Notes: generated by a model not told the origin, from the letters alone. Counted from the stretch's first letter, positions 23,217-36,723 are shown. The stretch is DNA of 64,000 nucleotides from Strigamia acuminata (GCA_949358305.1 OX442314.1:9858001-9922000); one strand, 5' to 3'. Numbers and translations: made by a program.

Positions 23217-25207
23217 GACGTAATAAACGAATGAAAATTGTTGAAAGATTCTTTTTTTTCTGTCCATATATCGGGGAATTGCTTTTTACCGTTAAAAGAT
23301 TTTACAATTGGCACAAACACAGGTCCCTAAACGGAGTCATGGAGTTTTTTAACTTCATAAAACACTGCCATTGGCTGAAATTACCACAAACAATATGAAG
23401 AAGTTGAAATTAAGAAATAATTTAACTTGATTGCAGTTGCCAAAGATGCTAGCTATTCTATGGCAACCCATCACAAGCACAGTCAGGAGAAATTGTGGAA
23501 ATAGTCAAGAGAACGAGATAAAAAAATTCCAATAAGAGACAATAAAAAGTTGGATATTAACCAAATTGAACACGCAAGAAACAAAAACAACTTTCCACCA
23601 TGTTGTTGTTTTCCAACAACAACAAAATTTTCTTGCATTTGTTAATATCTTATGACGATTTTTGCAACTCTGGAGAAAGTCATTTTGAAAAAAGTGAAAG
23701 TTTCTCTAAGGTTTACAAATATTTTAGTTTAACAACAGCTGGACTGGTCAAAATGACCCAATGGGTTTCCAATAGTGTTTTTTGATGCTTTACATTAAAG
23801 AAGAATGTTTTAAATTCAGAAACACCTTGGGACGTCCCCAACAAAGATGAAAAGGCAAGAACCACTCCTGGCTGGCCAAAGTCCTGTTCCATGGGTCATC
23901 AAGAAAAAGGTGACTGAAAAATTTTCTACAGTCCCAGAGAAATCCAACCAAGAGCATTTGAAATGATTGATTATAATTAATAAGCAAGAACCTTGAAGAA
24001 AATGGCAAGAGAGGAAATAAGACGAGGAGTTGATGTACTATCTCAAATCAATGGAGAAATTGATGATAAATAAATAAATATTCATGACAAATTGGTTAAT
24101 GCTACACTCTGATCTAAAGAGTGCAGTCTTGCAATACCAACATTATGCCAAGCAAATCTCTTTTAGCATTATCTAGAGATGACCAGAGCAACAGACAATC
24201 AAAATGTTCAACAGCCCTTGTTGTTTCATTAGGCGCGTTCAATCTTAAATGGATTTTGCCGATTTTCAGCCATGTGCATAGAGCAATCAAAGCAGTATTT
24301 TTGTTTGCAATTTTATAATTGCTATTGGGAAAATCGTAATATTTCGCCATGTGGCATGGGATACCTCAAACGCGGTCCCAGAGACTTAACCTAGAACAAC
24401 TGCATGTTTTGGGTCAAATTGATTTGTCTTAAATTCAGAAACCCCTTGGGGCGTCCCCAACTAAGATGAAATGACAAAGAACCACTCCATGGGTCATCTA
24501 GAAAAATTTCCCAGTGTCAGAGAAGTCCAACCAAGAGCATTTGAAATTGATTACAATTAATAGAGCAAGAACCTTGACCATCCTCCGAGCCACTGATGAT
24601 TACTTTGAAAATAAAAACCAGGCTTCAGAAATCATATCCCAAACTGAACACTTCATGTCATGAAAAATGGCAAATGCCATTACAAATCACGAAAATTCAA
24701 ACCCAAAACCACCAAAAACTACCAAAAGGCTTCAAAAGGTGCAGCAAATAATATTCTTGCCAAATAAATAGTCAATCGCCACACAACTGAAGAAATACAG
24801 AAGAAAATACAATTCGAACTAGGCTTATAGTAGGCCTAAAATGGCGCCAAACAATATCAAAAGAACATATGTAAGAAAATAAATGGATCATTTAGAAATA
24901 CGAATTCAAACTTGCTGAGAAATTTGCAGAAATGTAAATCCCATGCTTATGAAACCAACCAACCTTTTTGAAATCAAACCCGAGTTAAATTCCGTGAAAA
25001 ACGAACGAACACAGCATGTCGAACAGCAAAATCTTGCTGTACATCTCGCCTCGTGATGATCGAGACGAAATTACGTGACAGATTATTGTTTAGCGTCTGC
25101 CCATGCGCAGAAAAGAAAACAATCCGACGTCTACGGAGATTTGTTGGAGCCATCGTGTATTTTATTATAAACTTTAAATATTTAAAACAATTTTTTTTCT
25201 TTTTTAG

Positions 25208-25770
25208 TATCTGGAACCCGAATTTCCTATTCATCCAACGTTAAATGTGCAGCTTAAAGCCTACGATTTTACAGTTTTGGAACATTATGCGTCATACGTA
25301 GCGAAAACTGCTCGGCATTTGGGCATCAATGTTGAAGAAATGTAAAATTAACGTAAAACATTAACAAAAAATAAAAAATAGTTTGAATTTATTTTATTAG
25401 TTTTCCCATGCCTGGACAAAAGCCGGTAGTTCACAGTTACTTGCCGAGAACAACAACTCAAGACCAGGAATACAAACTGAGCATCTACGAAAGAAACGTT
25501 AAAGTGTGTAAAATCAAAATATTTATGATTTTATTTAACAAATTCATCGATTTAATCGTTTTATCATCCCAGATATCCGAATTGACTTCGATTCTGGCTC
25601 CGACGTTCATCGAAGTGATCAAAAACTCGCTACCGGCCGGCGTGCAATTAAAGATCATCGAAAGCACGGAGGAATTGGACAACAATCGTTACATACCTGA
25701 TTTAGAATTGATCGATTTGAAGAAACAAATCGAAGGTGACGAAAAACCGAAAATATTTACCAAAACTTAA
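25208..25770 (+). CDS. mRpL48: Mitochondrial ribosomal protein L48; exons 25208-25341, 25401-25503, 25573-25770; 5' exons (~25016-25155) uncertain
   Basis: YLEPEFPIHPTLNVQLKAYDFTVLEHY...EYKLSIYERNVK/ISEL...LPAGVQLKI...RYIPDLELIDLK matches the S10-domain mRpL48 pattern; canonical GT-AG introns in phase. Confidence 0.8.
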
Positions 25771-25883
25771 CAAGAAACCCGATTTAATCGTAAAAAAAAT
25801 TTAAAAAACACATAAAATACAAACAAAAATGCATAGAAAACTATATAAAACCATTATATAAACACTATAACCTCGTTTTCATT

Positions 25884-26826
25884 TTAAACGATACAAAAAT
25901 GGACGACTTTGACTGTCCCCGCCACCTCTTCTTCGGAATCGCTGTTTTAAAGTAGAAAATAATGAGAAAATTGCACGAAAAATAAAAATTTCGACATTTT
26001 TATTTACCCGTCGACGAACTCTTCGTTCGGATCGATACTCGGTTTTAAACTGAGTAACGACAAGTCGGCCGTGGCCGTTAAATGAGTGTACGGACGGAAT
26101 TGAATTTGTTTGGATGAATCATCGCTGATTGAATGCAAATGCAACGAAGTGGCTGAAGTTGGGACGATCGTCACCGATCGTACGGACGGAATTTGCTTTA
26201 AAAAATTAAGAAAATTCAGAAAATGTGATTTAATAATTTATTTTGTTTGTACTTTGTACTTGACGAACTGGGTGATGCTTTCGGCCGTTTGCAACGAGAA
26301 TCGGTTGTTGTTTTCGATTGTGGTTGACGTCGCTGTAGACGCTGCTGGATGAGGAATCGGAGCATTCGCTTTTTCCATCCGATTCGTCATCGTGAGAATC
26401 GCCGCTTTCGTCCGTCAAAATTTGACGATTTAGTGAATACGACTTAAAGGGAGACAAATACTGATTCACCGGAAGTGACGGTCATCTCTTCCAGTTCCTT
26501 GGCATTTCTTAAGGCAAATTCGGCGACAATATTGTCGCCCTTAGCAACCGCCATGTAGTACAGATCCTGCGAAAAAGTACAAAAAATTCATTTTTAAAGT
26601 GAATAATTAAAAAATAATTTTCTTAGTTTTCAAATTACTCGAAATAAATCCCTGCAATCAATATCAACCGCTAATGACGACGCCTTTTTCAATTTCTCAT
26701 GTCTCAAAAGATGGTGGAAAAACTTCCTCGCCAAATTCCCGAGTCGTTCGCGATATTCCAGAATGACCACCTTAGTCAACGAACGTATCGGTGCATAAAA
26801 CGAGCCGAGAGAAGCTTCCAATTGAG
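25884..26826 (-). pseudogene. WDPCP: 3' part of fritz/WDPCP (last five exons only)
   Basis: QLEASLGSFYAP...EYRERLGNLARKFFHHLLRH...AVDIDCRDLF/DLYYMA and C-terminus VKVVHFCIV* (family terminus HFGxV). 5' part absent; one expected acceptor reads TTTTGACGG (~26413). Confidence 0.85.
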
Positions 26827-26868
26827 CTGAAAACAACCGCATCTCGCAATCAACCGTCAAAACCAATC

Positions 26869-27224
26869 AACTCTCGCCAAATGAATTTCGGGGCATATAT
26901 TTTTCGCATCGTCGCCGAACATATTTCGAGTCACTCCCGCAGCCCGAGCTTCGTAATTCACCGCGATTATTCTAAAACGAAGGGAAATTGTCAGTTTTCT
27001 GAATTTTTGTACATTTATTTTCGAGTTTTTACCCGCCACCTTTCCATGGTTTGTATTGGACTACGGCGCACGGTTTACCTCGGATTTCAGGGTTTAATTT
27101 TTGCTCGATTTGGGCGTAGAAACTGTAAGAGAAAAAAATTGTTAGTTTAAAAATTTATTTTTACCTTTTAAATTATTTAAATTTACCAATCCATATCGAT
27201 TAATACAACAATCCGATTCGACAT
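26869..27224 (-). pseudogene. POLH: 5' part of DNA polymerase eta; exons 27224-27187, 27122-27033, 26971-26869 (truncated)
   Basis: Spliced product MSNRIVVLIDMDC/FYAQIEQKLNPEIRGKPCAVVQYKPWKGGG/IIAVNYEARAAGVTRNMFGDDAKNICPEIHLARV, then similarity ends and a stop follows three codons later. Confidence 0.92.
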
Positions 27225-27823
27225 TTCTAGTTGTAGTTGCTCGACAAACCGAGAATAGACGCCATGTTGGTTTGGCTAGATGCTGCATGGTGCTCGCTGC
27301 ATCGATGTGAAAGCGCGAATTTCAAGCCGTGAAAGAAAAAGAAAGTTTGTTTTTATTTTTGTTTTGGGTATTACATTCAAAAAAAAATATATCAACCACA
27401 AAATAATAAAACAAAAACCAAAATTCTCCTTTTGATAAATTCCATAAATAAATTTAATTCCTTCAAATCAACATTCATCACAATGTTTATACAAATCTCA
27501 TCAAAAGATGGCGCCACTCAACCAATCACAAAACAGAAAAATACCAACATGTTAGTGAAGGAAGGCGTGCTCACCTCAACTAGGCAACGTGCAACGTAAT
27601 CGTGGGATTATGAATGAGTCACACGTGCATTGGTCGTAGATGACGTGAAATTCCACACCGCTTGACCCACTTCGAGTGTTTACTCCAGCGAGTTGCGACT
27701 GTCATAAATTATCCGCTCCACAAACCCCGCGATCAAAGAAATAACAAACCGATTGCCAATGTATTCTTCCACGTGAACACGTCTGTGGACAGGACGACTC
27801 ATCATCGACGATTACAACCTGTA
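27225..27823. promoter_or_regulatory. Putative bidirectional promoter between Pol eta 5' end and ASPP
   Basis: Divergent starts ~600 bp apart; YY1-like AAGATGGCG 27505, CCAAT 27522, TGAGTCA 27615, CACGTG 27622, TGACGT 27641. Confidence 0.55.
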
Positions 27824-30800
27824 ATGGATGGAGGTAAGAAACCGAGCGCCCCGAAAAATAAAGTTCCTTTTTCTTTTTATTAGCCGGCCCAGGTGCCTCG
27901 TAATGGAACGGATAGTCGATTAAAATTTAACGCGCCCTTTTTAATTCGACATTAGAGTTTTATCGGTTCGCATTTCGTTTTTATGATTTTTTATCGGTCT
28001 ATGATGTCATCCATAGATAAGTGTATATCACCTGTGAGTTTCGGTCTGCGAGTACCGGCTCGCATCTAAATATCGAATCAATCGATGAGGTATGAAGTGA
28101 ATTATGGATTAATTGACCGGTCGTATCTAAATATTGAATTAAGTGAATCGGGACCGCGGTTTTTAAGGGTTAATGGCTGGTTTTTAGGGTTAGTGGATCG
28201 GAGATGGTTAAACGAGAATTTTAGGATTTTTTAGGACTGGTTTGAGCAGGTTTGTGGATGTTTTTTTTTGTTGTGGTTTTGTTGAATATGGTTTGGAATG
28301 AGGCGAGAGAAATGGCGGAGTTTGTGGGAAAATATTTTGTTTTCTTAAAAAAAATTTATTTTATTAATTTTTTATTTATTGTTATTTTTTTTTGGATGGG
28401 AAATTTGAACTGATATTTTGAATTCTTTTGATTTATGGGAAGGAAAAATTCCAGTTGTGGGTGACCTTGTCTCGGAGCCGCGCACAAGGCCGACGGTTTT
28501 TGGCGGGAAATAAAACCCGAGACGAATCCACAGTTCCCCCACGCGCATAAACGAAACACGCGGGTCAAAATTAACCGTTTATTTATTATTCAACCGATCA
28601 GGTTTGAATTATAAAGGTTAAAACTTGGAAATAAATAGATAAAAAAGCATTTTATTCATTTTTTTTTATCCACGGTTTTCTCAAGAGGGGTTTTATCCAT
28701 CCTGGTGGTGATATTTATTACCACCAGGTGAGAAAATTTATTTTTATTTTTATTATTTTACTAGAAAAATATATTTTTAAAAAAAAATAGATTTTTTTTC
28801 CCCAGAAATGAACAAAAAAATATTTTTTGAGAGATATAAATAACTTTGGCTCGTGTGACTGCACTTGATTATCAGGTGGTGCAGCTGTGTAGAAAATTCA
28901 AAATGGCGTCGCCCAGCCTGTTTAGACAGAGCAGCAAAATGTTGATGTAAAAAGTAATGCTTGAAATAGGCTGGGAAGTGAAGAAACATCCACTACATTG
29001 ATAACATTGGTCTTTGGCAGGTAAATGAGTGAATGTTATCAAAATATTAAAAATTTGAATTTGATGGTCATATTGGTCATGCAGTCAGTCACAACACAAC
29101 AAGTTGGCTTGAAGCAATAAACATGCCAACCTCATGCTTATTCTGCTGAAATTAATGTTCTGGCTGAATACTGAACTATATAATGTGTGAAGTTGGCACC
29201 ACAATGTTGTGAATGGTTCTCCACACTTAATGAGCTGCACTTGGCTGTTTATGGCCAATTAAAACTGGGTGATTCATAAGGTTGAAGACATTTATGAAAT
29301 GATTTTTTTTTACAAACAAATGAAATAGTCATCAATCTGATAATTATACCGGTTCACAATCTTCGGTTTCCGAGAACGGATTGAGTCTTACTGACAGGTG
29401 GTAACGCTAGGTCCACGCTTACCTTGTTATGTATCCCGCTTTAAGTCGCATGCTGTTGGACATGGGTTTGCCAGGTTTTTGGAATCACAGTCAAACAGTT
29501 TATATCGGCATTGTCGGTATAAAATAAAAGTGCCGGTATAAGTGAAAACCTTTCAGACACCTACCACGTGCGGTTTTTAAGGAACGCCAACGTTGATGTC
29601 AAAACTGCACAAACTGTTCAAAGAGTCTGTTTCTCACAAACCGACCATGGGATGTGGATGAAACTTGTTTTATTGGGTTTTTCCCATGGTTTTGTAACTA
29701 TATAGATACCTTACTGCCTCGTTTAAACGTCTGGGTGTTTAATAGTTTTTTGAGCCGACCCCGGCGCCAATCGTGGACGGCGCCAATCGTGGACGGCGCC
29801 AATTCTGTAGATCGCCGATGACTGCTTGGCGCTAAAACGAGCTTGGCCCCTTAATGAACTCGGGCGTTTAAACGAGGCGGTACAGTAACTTTTTATATAT
29901 TTTTACTTAAAAGAGCTTAGTTTTTTTGAACGCATCGGCAACGAAAAACACCTAAAAGTGTTTTGGTAATTTTCTGTCAAAACTTATGCAAAACGTGTCA
30001 TTTGTCATCCTTTTTTGGCACATTTCGGGCTTCCAATTGTGTACCCGCACGCAATTCGAGGCCCGCGTTTTATTGGCAAAAATAAAATTTGCCTCGCTCG
30101 CAATTCGAGGTCCGCATAACTAGCACAAAATGGTTATTAGCATTGGTGCATGTAGTTTTCCTTCACAAGCCTATGTCAATGTCAAGAACCTGTTTTTGGT
30201 TATTGTTAATTCTTTCTGCTAAGTGTAAAACTTGACTTGTGACTTATGATCGTGAAAGCACTCAAGTGTCACCGAAAGCACACCGTTGGCGATGAAGTTT
30301 TCGTCAACTCCTGGAGTATGGTCTACCGCATGTTTATTCAAGGCCCAAAGTGATTAGCTGCAGTAGGGTTGAGTTTACCTTCAATTAAAGTGGATGCAAC
30401 CAATGTTAATTGACAGTTGAGTTGTAAATTGAAACAGCCGGTGCTGTGAAGATTTGTCGGTTTAATTAATGCTGTGGTTTGTGGAATTTGCAGATAATGC
30501 TGTACAAATCAGTGCTGGAAGAGATTTGCAATTGAATTTAGGCTTAACTGAATTGACAATAGGACGATAATAAGTTGGGAGACTTTCTTTGGAGCTCTTC
30601 ATGCTTATTGTTTTGTTTATCTCACTTGTGCAAGACTTGCAATTTCCATTTCCCAAACTGCAATTCAAGAGATTTATTTATTTGTATTATTTTTCATTCT
30701 TTTCAGGCTTTTCTGCTTCACCTGCACAGAAGTCAAACAGGCCCCTAGTGTTTATGATACCAGTAAGTGTGATTTGTTTGTATCATTTGTTTAAATTATT

Positions 30801-33800
30801 TGATAGGTGTGCTATCTGTGTACTAATATGCAAGGGAATTAATGCCCCATATTTTTAAAACTGCACCTAACTAAACTAATCAACATTAAAGTTATCCGCA
30901 ACTCTAAACGTTGGAATCCGCCATTGCAAACTCAAAAACCAGTACCGTAGTTGCAAAGTTGTCGTTTACAATTGGAAATTTCTGTCTATCTCTAACGGTT
31001 TTTAAGATAATTTTCCAATGACCTTGAAGGAACATCCCAAGGTCAAATTTCGGGTCATCGAAAGATTGCCCCACCCAACTTTAATACTTTGCCATCATTA
31101 GATTAGATGCATTGTCAGCACTTTCAGAAATATTTAGTAGAGAACCAGACTTTTCTTCCGCCCTGTATACACGACAGAGGTATTTTGGTAAATATTTTCT
31201 GTATATAGGTGGAGGGGCTCTGGGGCTCCGGGGGCTCTGTTGTGACTGACGCTGCAAAGAGTTGTGATTGGTTTTTACGGATCATTTGATAAAGTGGGCA
31301 CAGACTTTTCGTCAATCAAAAAGCTGCCGTTGGTCGACTGGATGCATGCACAAGGCTATTCAGGTGTACAGATACGTCTGTCACTGGAAGCGCCGTGATT
31401 GGATTTTACGGATCATCTGATAAAGTCGGGGCAGAGAGCAGACCTAGAGGAATCACGTGATAGGATTGTGGGGGGAAATGGTGTGACAGTGAATATGCAC
31501 TGAATGCAACTTGTTTTTGACACTCAAATTGATATTTCCTTTGTGCTGGAATTGATTTTTTGACAAGCAATCAGTCAAGAGTGCCAACTGTATTTCCAGA
31601 ATAGAATTCTCTTGTTACACCTTTGGGACTTTTTTTCTCGCTCGCTTTTTTTCTCTCTCCTTGTGTTTTGTTGCTCATCCTAGTGGATGTGATTTGAAGC
31701 AATTTTAAAGCTGAAATCCTTTGTTTATTTCCTATATAATGTAAAATTCTAAAGGCCAAAGATAATTTTGCAATAAAAGAATCCATACTGAATTTTTTGA
31801 TGAGATTTGACTAATCTTAAAAAAAGGGATTTGCTGATTCAGCAATGTTTTGTCAAGATGCCAGAATAAATATTGATCTTTGACTGGACAGTAAAACATG
31901 CATTAACAATGAACTTTTATGGTATCATAATGGAAACATTATGTTTTTATTTGTTTTTGGTGAGTGCAGAGTGGAAGGATACGAGGAAATGAAGGCATTG
32001 AATTAAAAGGTGGTTTTATAGGGCTCCTTTATCTGTTGCAGGTGATTCTCAGAGTACAGGCTGATGCTAACTCAGTAACGGAAGTGCCGGTTACACCAGA
32101 GACAACTTGTCGAGACGTGCTGGAATGTTGCAGGGAGCCTGGTGATGATGATTCCCACCTGGTGGAGCTCTGGAGAGGATGTGGTAGGAATATTTTTGAA
32201 TTGAAATAAAATAATGTTGGCGGTTTTAGCGTAAGCGAGACTCTACCATCTTCCCCCGAAAATAACACCATGTTTTACTGATGTCGATAAAACATGATGA
32301 CTGATTTTTATTGAAAGAAAATTTGGGGTCCTTTGGGTCTCTAAAAGCTTGACACCCTAGGAAAAAGCCTAGCTCACTTTTCCCTAAAACAGATACTGAG
32401 CTAAGAGTCCGGTAGAAAAAGAACGGTGATTTACCGAGCGGGAAGAAGTTTTCATCCTGCCCAATTTAATGGAAATGAGTAGAGATTTAATAAATTTGCT
32501 TCTGGGGGAAAGTAGGAAGTTGGGTGGGGGCAACCCAATGCTGATTTCAAATTTGACCTTCAAGGTTATTTTCAAGGTCATTCATACGGTACCTTTTAAG
32601 CTATTAGAGATAGAGCAAAATTTTCAATTACAAAGTTGTAGAGCACCATGAGATTAGCCTAGAGAACATTCATTTTGTGTAACTTGATTTAGTAGTTAAT
32701 GTAAAAAATTAATTCTGCAATAATTCTTCACTTATTTAGACGCGAGCAAGCGTATGAATACTTAAAACGGCGGGCCTGCATTGGAATGTAAACTCAGTGT
32801 AATTTAGATGTGCAGAAATTTTGTTTTTTGGTTGATGTTGAATTTCTGCCTCTTGTGATGGGGTTCGTGTACTGAATTTTGAAAAGGATAATGCAATTGG
32901 CATAATTGCTTCTATGCTCCAATTTTTTTCTTTTTCTGTTTACTCTTTTAAGGATGATTGTTCTCCAAAGTGTTTTTTGTTATTGTTTTCTTTCATTTTC
33001 AGTTTTGAAGTGGTAAATTTTTATTTTTATCAGTTTTTACTAAGCACTTGAAAACTTTTTTTTATGAGAATCAACATCTGTTTCAAGATGAGAAATATTT
33101 ATTGCAACTTTTTGTCACCAGATGGCCTGAAACTTTATTTTGTTTGTCTTTAAGAAAGTTTATTTTTTTTAAAGTAAAAAATAGAAAATAATAAATGATG
33201 ACTTGTCTTTGCCAAATGTCATCTGCCAGCAACCTTTTCTCTTTTTAATTTCTCTTTTCTCTTTCATTCACCAATAAATTCGCCTTTGGTGAGTTTGAAA
33301 GCAGAGCTTGCATGAAATTTGATTATATTCATCAATCTGTGGTTGCTTTAGGCCACTTCACTTGCTTTCAATGGTATTCACCAAGACCTATGACTTCGGC
33401 TTGGCGGTGTCATTTTGGCTCCATTTCTGCTGACTGTAGATTCAGGCTGTAGTCTTGAGTTTTGAACAAATGTTGTATACATACACAGCGTGTACAGAAT
33501 ATATTAAAAAAAAATTAGAGACTAAAGTTGTCCACAAGGTTTAGAACATGAAGACGGTTGTTTATTGTACGGTCAAACTTCGTTATAAGACTCCGGATAA
33601 ATGCATAAATGCATAGAATATATTTATATGGAATAAAAAGTCGAAATTGGCTTAAATTGCATATTTTGCGAAAATCGGTAAATAAATGCATAAATCGCCA
33701 TTTTTAACATGTACGTATGCATGCTTGCGTTCGGAAAACTGAGGAATTCGCCAAAAACAGACACTAGGGAAATTTGACTAAAATATTGGTATCGGCTAAC

Positions 33801-35116
33801 ATCAGATAATTATGAAATCGGTCAAACCATTTCTATAATCTATTTCAGCTTTGAATGCTCCAGTTGTCTGGAAAAGGTTGAAGCGTGCCGTTAAGTGTTA
33901 AGGAATCTCTAGAAATCTTCCGCTTCGAAACCCGGTAGCGAAAAAGCAGAATATTGCTGTTTCCATCAATAGAAAAAAGCAAGCCGGTTGCATCGGTGTC
34001 CTGGGGTTAGAAGATTCACTATATATGTAGAAACTTTATTCCCCAACAATGGGATTTAATTATTTATTTTACCATGCAATTTTGATTGTTACTAAATGGT
34101 TACAGTGAGTTTTTTTTACTAAGATAAGATTAGATTTAATTGTTGTTTAACAATGTGCCATCATGCAACAATCGATTGTTATTCTGATGTGCCCAATAGG
34201 CAACATTTCTGGATGAATAAAAACTGCTCAGAGGATTTGTGAGAAAACATCTTTTTTACTTTAAATCAACTTTATCTTGAGTTAAATCCAGCTTATGTCA
34301 GTGTTCGAAGACTATAATTAATTTCTTGGGGATTTCTTTCTGGCGCATTTCATTCTCATAGGTCTTGTTTGTTCTTTTCTTACTGTTGCTTTTGTTCCTG
34401 TTTTTTTTTTTTGGTCTCGGCTTCTTAAGTATATTTTCTCGTAGCAATTTCCTAGCTGTAATTAATTTCTTCTCAACGAAGAGAGAAAAAAAAGCCGTTC
34501 GAGAAGCGTAATTTGGAAATTATCGAAGAATTAGCGAAAGCGAAAGGAAATTAACTCTCCTCGTCTGCATGCATAAGAAACTTATTTGTTTGTGATGAAA
34601 ATTGTGAATAAAGTGAAAAATCAATAGTAATGACATTATTTGTTTATACTCAGAGTTTTTCTCCCAAACTTGGGTTTTCTTAGACACTAAAAAATGAATG
34701 ATGGAGACTATTGTGTGTACTTGATCCACCCAGGAAACAGAGTTGCTCTGCACCCTGCTCTCTCATCCAATGATGAACAACTAAACAACACATAATTTCT
34801 CCTTTAGGAGAATAAACTATAAATCTTGGGGATGTTTCTTTACTGCAACTTAAATAATAGCCCTAATTTATTTGTTACAGGGAACACAGGCCTATAAATT
34901 TAGTTAATTTACTTTTTGTTTTCTTGCTCACTTATGTTAATAGTTTTATTTATTTTTCTTTTTTTTTTCTTCTTATCTTTGAAATAGAAAGATTAGTGTA
35001 TGAGGAAGAGAAACCATTGGAGTTATTGAAAGAGTGGGGTATTCATTGGGAAGAAGTGAAGTTCTTTTTACGCTATCAATCGACTTCAAATGGCACGGCA
35101 TCTGAAACGGCAAGAA
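27824..35116 (+). CDS. ASPP: ASPP-family (apoptosis-stimulating of p53) gene, 5' exons 27824-27833, 30707-30762, 32042-32183, 34988-35116; further exons not identified in the window
   Basis: Phase-consistent GT-AG splicing gives MDG/GFSASPAQKSNRPLVFMIP/VILRVQADANSVTEVPVTPETTCRDVLECCREPGDDDSHLVELWRGC/ERLVYEEEKPLELLKEWGIHWEEVKFFLRY, matching the ASPP1/2 N-terminal ubiquitin-like domain. Confidence 0.88.
29711..29883. mobile_element. Small MITE-like inverted-repeat element with internal 16-bp tandem repeat
   Basis: TACTGCCTCGTTTAAACG ... CGTTTAAACGAGGCGGTA; internal GGCGCCAATCGTGGAC x2.5. Confidence 0.7.
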
Positions 35117-36723
35117 GTAAGTGTTGACTTTTGTATTTTATTTAGTTTAGTTATGTCCGGGCAGGGCCGGTGTAAAGTACGATCGAGCGATGCAATCGCA
35201 TGGGGTGCCAAGACTTGAATATTTAAAACGTACAGTATACAGGGTAGTCAGAAAGTCTGGTTTTATGTAAATAATTCTCAAACTGTTCTAGATGTTGATT
35301 CAGCAAAATTATTGTAAGGGTAGTATGTCGGGGGAAATCCAATTATGACATCCAATTTGACCTCAGGTCATCTTCAAGGTCATCCATATTGTAACTCGAG
35401 AACCGTGACAGATAGAGCAAAAAGGTGAATTAGAAAGTTGTAGAGCATCATCCAATTAGTCTAGAACCATTATCAAAAAAATTGCTGATAGACCTGGGGC
35501 TGGCCCGCTTTGATTCAATGCCATCAATCTTGGCTTGACTTTGAAAAGTCTATGCCTTGACCACATTATCCAGACAACAGACCAGGCCAATGCTGATGTC
35601 ATTGAATCTCAATGGTTTTAGAAAATTGAAAGTTCGTGGTGAAATGTTCGGCGGTGCAGCGACAAATAAGGGCGTAAGTTGCAATATTGGCATAGGTGAA
35701 GGAGACTGGCTTTTTAATCAGAGGGAGTGAGTTTTTTGGAAGTTTGTGAGGGGTGGGTGGAGGAGAGGGGTGTTATTGATTAGAAATCAATTGGTGTGTG
35801 AAAGTCTTGGATTAAGTTGGTTAGAATTGGGAATTGGGAATTTTTTTTCTTTGATAGATGGCAGTATTAGTTTTCTGTTTTCTTGAGGTTGGTTTGGTTA
35901 AATTTGAAGTTGGAGAAAATTGATTTCTTTTCAGGTGGCAATAAAGTTATGTTGAGGTTTGATTTCTTTGTGTTTGCTTTATTGGGTTAGCAAGTGAAGT
36001 TTTCTAAATTGGTTTTTTGCTGTATAAGAGAGGGGAAATGAAGTGAAAAGACCAAACAAGTGAAGAGTTATAAACCAAACAAAGAATGAATTTAAAGATG
36101 TCTGAAATGCTGCAAAATGTGAACCCAATGGTGTAGCAATTATTGGAAATCAGTGTGGTCTGAGATTGGTTGTTCTTCACTATCTGAGGTTAATAAATTG
36201 TGCACTGTTGCTAGGGTTTTATTTATCTTGTTTTAATGAAAGTGTATTAGTGTTTTGAGCATGCCTTTGGAGAAATTAATGAAATGGTTGTTTGTGTTTG
36301 AAAGTAATTCATTTTCACTTTGAGCTCAGATGTAGACATTTGGTATTCGTTGTGTCCACAACTTGACTCAAATGTTGTAAAGATAAGCAAGTCTAAAAAG
36401 CCGAGCGATGACTGAGTTTGTGGTATCGGCCAACATCAAAAGCCTTTAAAGTTTTAAGCAAACAGAGAATTTATTAATACCAAATCAAATAAGCAAATCA
36501 AATAACTTTTAAGAGGTTTGCAATTTTAAAATTGGCTGGGGGTTGTTTGCCGACTGATATTTCTTTGCGGTCTTCTACTTAAGTAACGAAAAAGCCGGAG
36601 AAACCGCATGAATCCGGTTTGAGGCTGGAGTCAGATGTTCTTGCTGTAGAAACAGTACATTAAATTGGGCGAAGGTATGAAATAACTAGGATTTCCAATG
36701 GCTAGGAACGTCTCACCAAGCTG

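Larger units (their letters stand above)
17530..24100 (+). repeat. Mosaic duplicated block, copy B (with extra inserts)
   Basis: Same segments and order as 8975-12680, plus importin-alpha, Pol eta exon 4 and other inserts. Confidence 0.88.

Noticed and set aside
8975..24900. Helitron as the definite carrier of the gene fragments
   Set aside because: No Rep/helicase coding and no convincing 5'-TC or 3' hairpin-CTRR termini identified by eye; left as an open hypothesis.
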